A stretch of 64,000 bases of DNA, from the NCBI GenBank assembly GCA_963701095.1, contig OY969564.1:96001-160000 (forward strand), read 5' to 3'. This DNA is from an uncultured Methanoregulaceae archaeon. Its GTDB lineage: Archaea > Halobacteriota > Methanomicrobia > Methanomicrobiales > Methanospirillaceae. A model generated the notes under the pieces. The model saw nothing but the letters and a program-made list of their open reading frames with translations, made no database searches and had not been told where the DNA came from. This document shows, piece after piece, positions 62,853 to 64,000 of this stretch. A program made the position numbers and the translations under genes. Numbering within the stretch: position 1 is the first letter of the stretch; every line of letters begins with the position of its first letter.

Positions 62853-62858
62853 ATCATA
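62847..62858. repeat. Candidate attR core
   Basis: TAAATGATCATA; minus strand reads ATG ATC ATT TAA versus ilvE ATG ATC ATT TAC. Confidence 0.55.
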
Positions 62859-62969
62859 GCATGTGATGGGGTTTCGTGGTTTTTTAGTTTTTTCTATGGC
62901 TCGGCAAAGAAAACCTTCTCTTTTACCGATCCCGCAGCCATTGTGGTCCGGGAATTACAAAAAAGAAGG

Positions 62970-64000
62970 TTACGAGATGTTCCTGCAGTGGTCAACAAAG
63001 TTCCGGAACATATCGCGGCTGCCCACGGGGTGGAGATGGGTATAGCTCCCCAGCGTATTGCTGACCACGGCACCGTCGAGAGTATCTTTTATTCCGATTC
63101 CCCGGGAGAGGTGATACGCATACCGTGTCGCGGGATCAAGCACCACTTCAGAATAATGGAATTCATGGCCGCGGAACCGTGCAGCACCCATAGGGCAGTC
63201 TTGTACGCTGGTCCCTTCAACGTAACTGACCACGCGCCGGGCCGGCATCCGGGTTTTCACCGGGAAACACGCCACACATCTCGCCGGAGATCTCAGTGTC
63301 TTGGCCCTGCCATCCTTTCCTGAGCACCATCGTGTCAGTAAGGTACATAAGCCCACCACACTCCGCATAGATCGGCGTGCCGTTTCGTGACACATCGCGG
63401 ATCGCTTCACGCATACGATCATTTTCTTCCAGCTCGGGAACAAAGAGTTCCGGGTAACCGCCACCGATAATATACCCGTCAGCGTCCGGTAACCGGTCGT
63501 GAATAGGACTGAACTGTACAACCGTTGCCCCAAGTGAAGGAAGGACATCGAGAAGATCCGCATAGTAAAAGTTGAACGCTTCATCGTACGCCACACCGAT
63601 GCGCAGGTTATGCCCTGAGGCTGGTTCAGGAACTTTCTCCTTCCCAATTGACGGAATTTCTTTAGCGAGCGCAAGAAGACGGTCGAGATCGACGTATTTT
63701 CCTATTATATCGGTGATCGTCCGGATCCGGTCATTAAAATCGCCCCTACCAGCCCCCTCCCGGTACGGGACGAGACCAAGATGGCGCATTGCAAGCTGCA
63801 TCTCTTCCATCCGGGGAATAGCACCAATAACCGGAACACCGCAGTAACACTCGATTGCCCGGGTCGCTTTTTCACGGTGCGTGCCTCCCTTGACCTGGTT
63901 AAGAATGACACCGGCAATACGGATCTCAGGATCGAATGCCTGGAATCCTTTGACAATCGCAGCCGCACTCCGGGTAATGCTCTGCGCTGAGATAACAAGG
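62970..64000 (-). CDS. cfbB: CobB/CbiA/CfbB-family a,c-diamide synthase, 3' part (frameshifted; runs off the window)
   Basis: MRHLGL, IGVAYDEAFNFYY, GGYPE, AECGGLMYL, GHEFHYS, SYTHLH; cfbB versus cbiA not distinguishable by eye. Confidence 0.75.

Larger units (their letters stand above)
970..62858. mobile_element. Putative ~61.9-kb integrated element/island (provirus plus accessory arm) inserted at the ilvE start codon
   Basis: 12-bp direct repeat TAAATGATCATA at 970-981 and 62847-62858; integrase directly inside the left copy; co-oriented housekeeping genes directly outside both copies. Confidence 0.6.

Overview
Archaeal genomic window, probably from a Methanomicrobiales/Methanoregula-like methanogen (inferred from gene style). 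Housekeeping genes sit at both edges: ilvE at left and a CobB/CfbB-family amidotransferase at right. Between them lies about 62 kb of accessory DNA bounded by a 12-bp direct repeat (TAAATGATCATA at 970-981, overlapping the ilvE start codon, and at 62847-62858). The left ~39 kb is an apparently complete tailed provirus. It has a tyrosine integrase, a divergent RHH switch, an antirepressor, a Dam methylase, ParB plus ABC-ATPase/GNAT, terminases, a portal, a Mu-gpT-like capsid and a siphovirus tail with a -1 frameshift chaperone. A ~10 kb AT-rich cargo block splits the head module. It carries a Ser/Thr kinase-TPR, other TPR genes and a 4.5-kb SWIM-DDE transposon (15-bp TIRs, 9-bp TSD) that carries a BsoBI/AvaI-type restriction-modification system. 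To the right are small defence-like genes, DUF3800 with a structured 3' RNA, and what looks like a natural off-target Cas1-Cas2 spacer integration into a gene (33-bp duplication plus 34-bp insert). After that come a type I-C CRISPR-Cas locus (61 repeats), a MarR/nitroreductase/flavoprotein unit, a PolB2-type polymerase, and toxin-antitoxin cassettes, two of them bracketed by long direct repeats. About ten single-base frameshifts, mostly at homopolymers, suggest long-read assembly errors. All family assignments come from motif recognition by eye; no database search was run.
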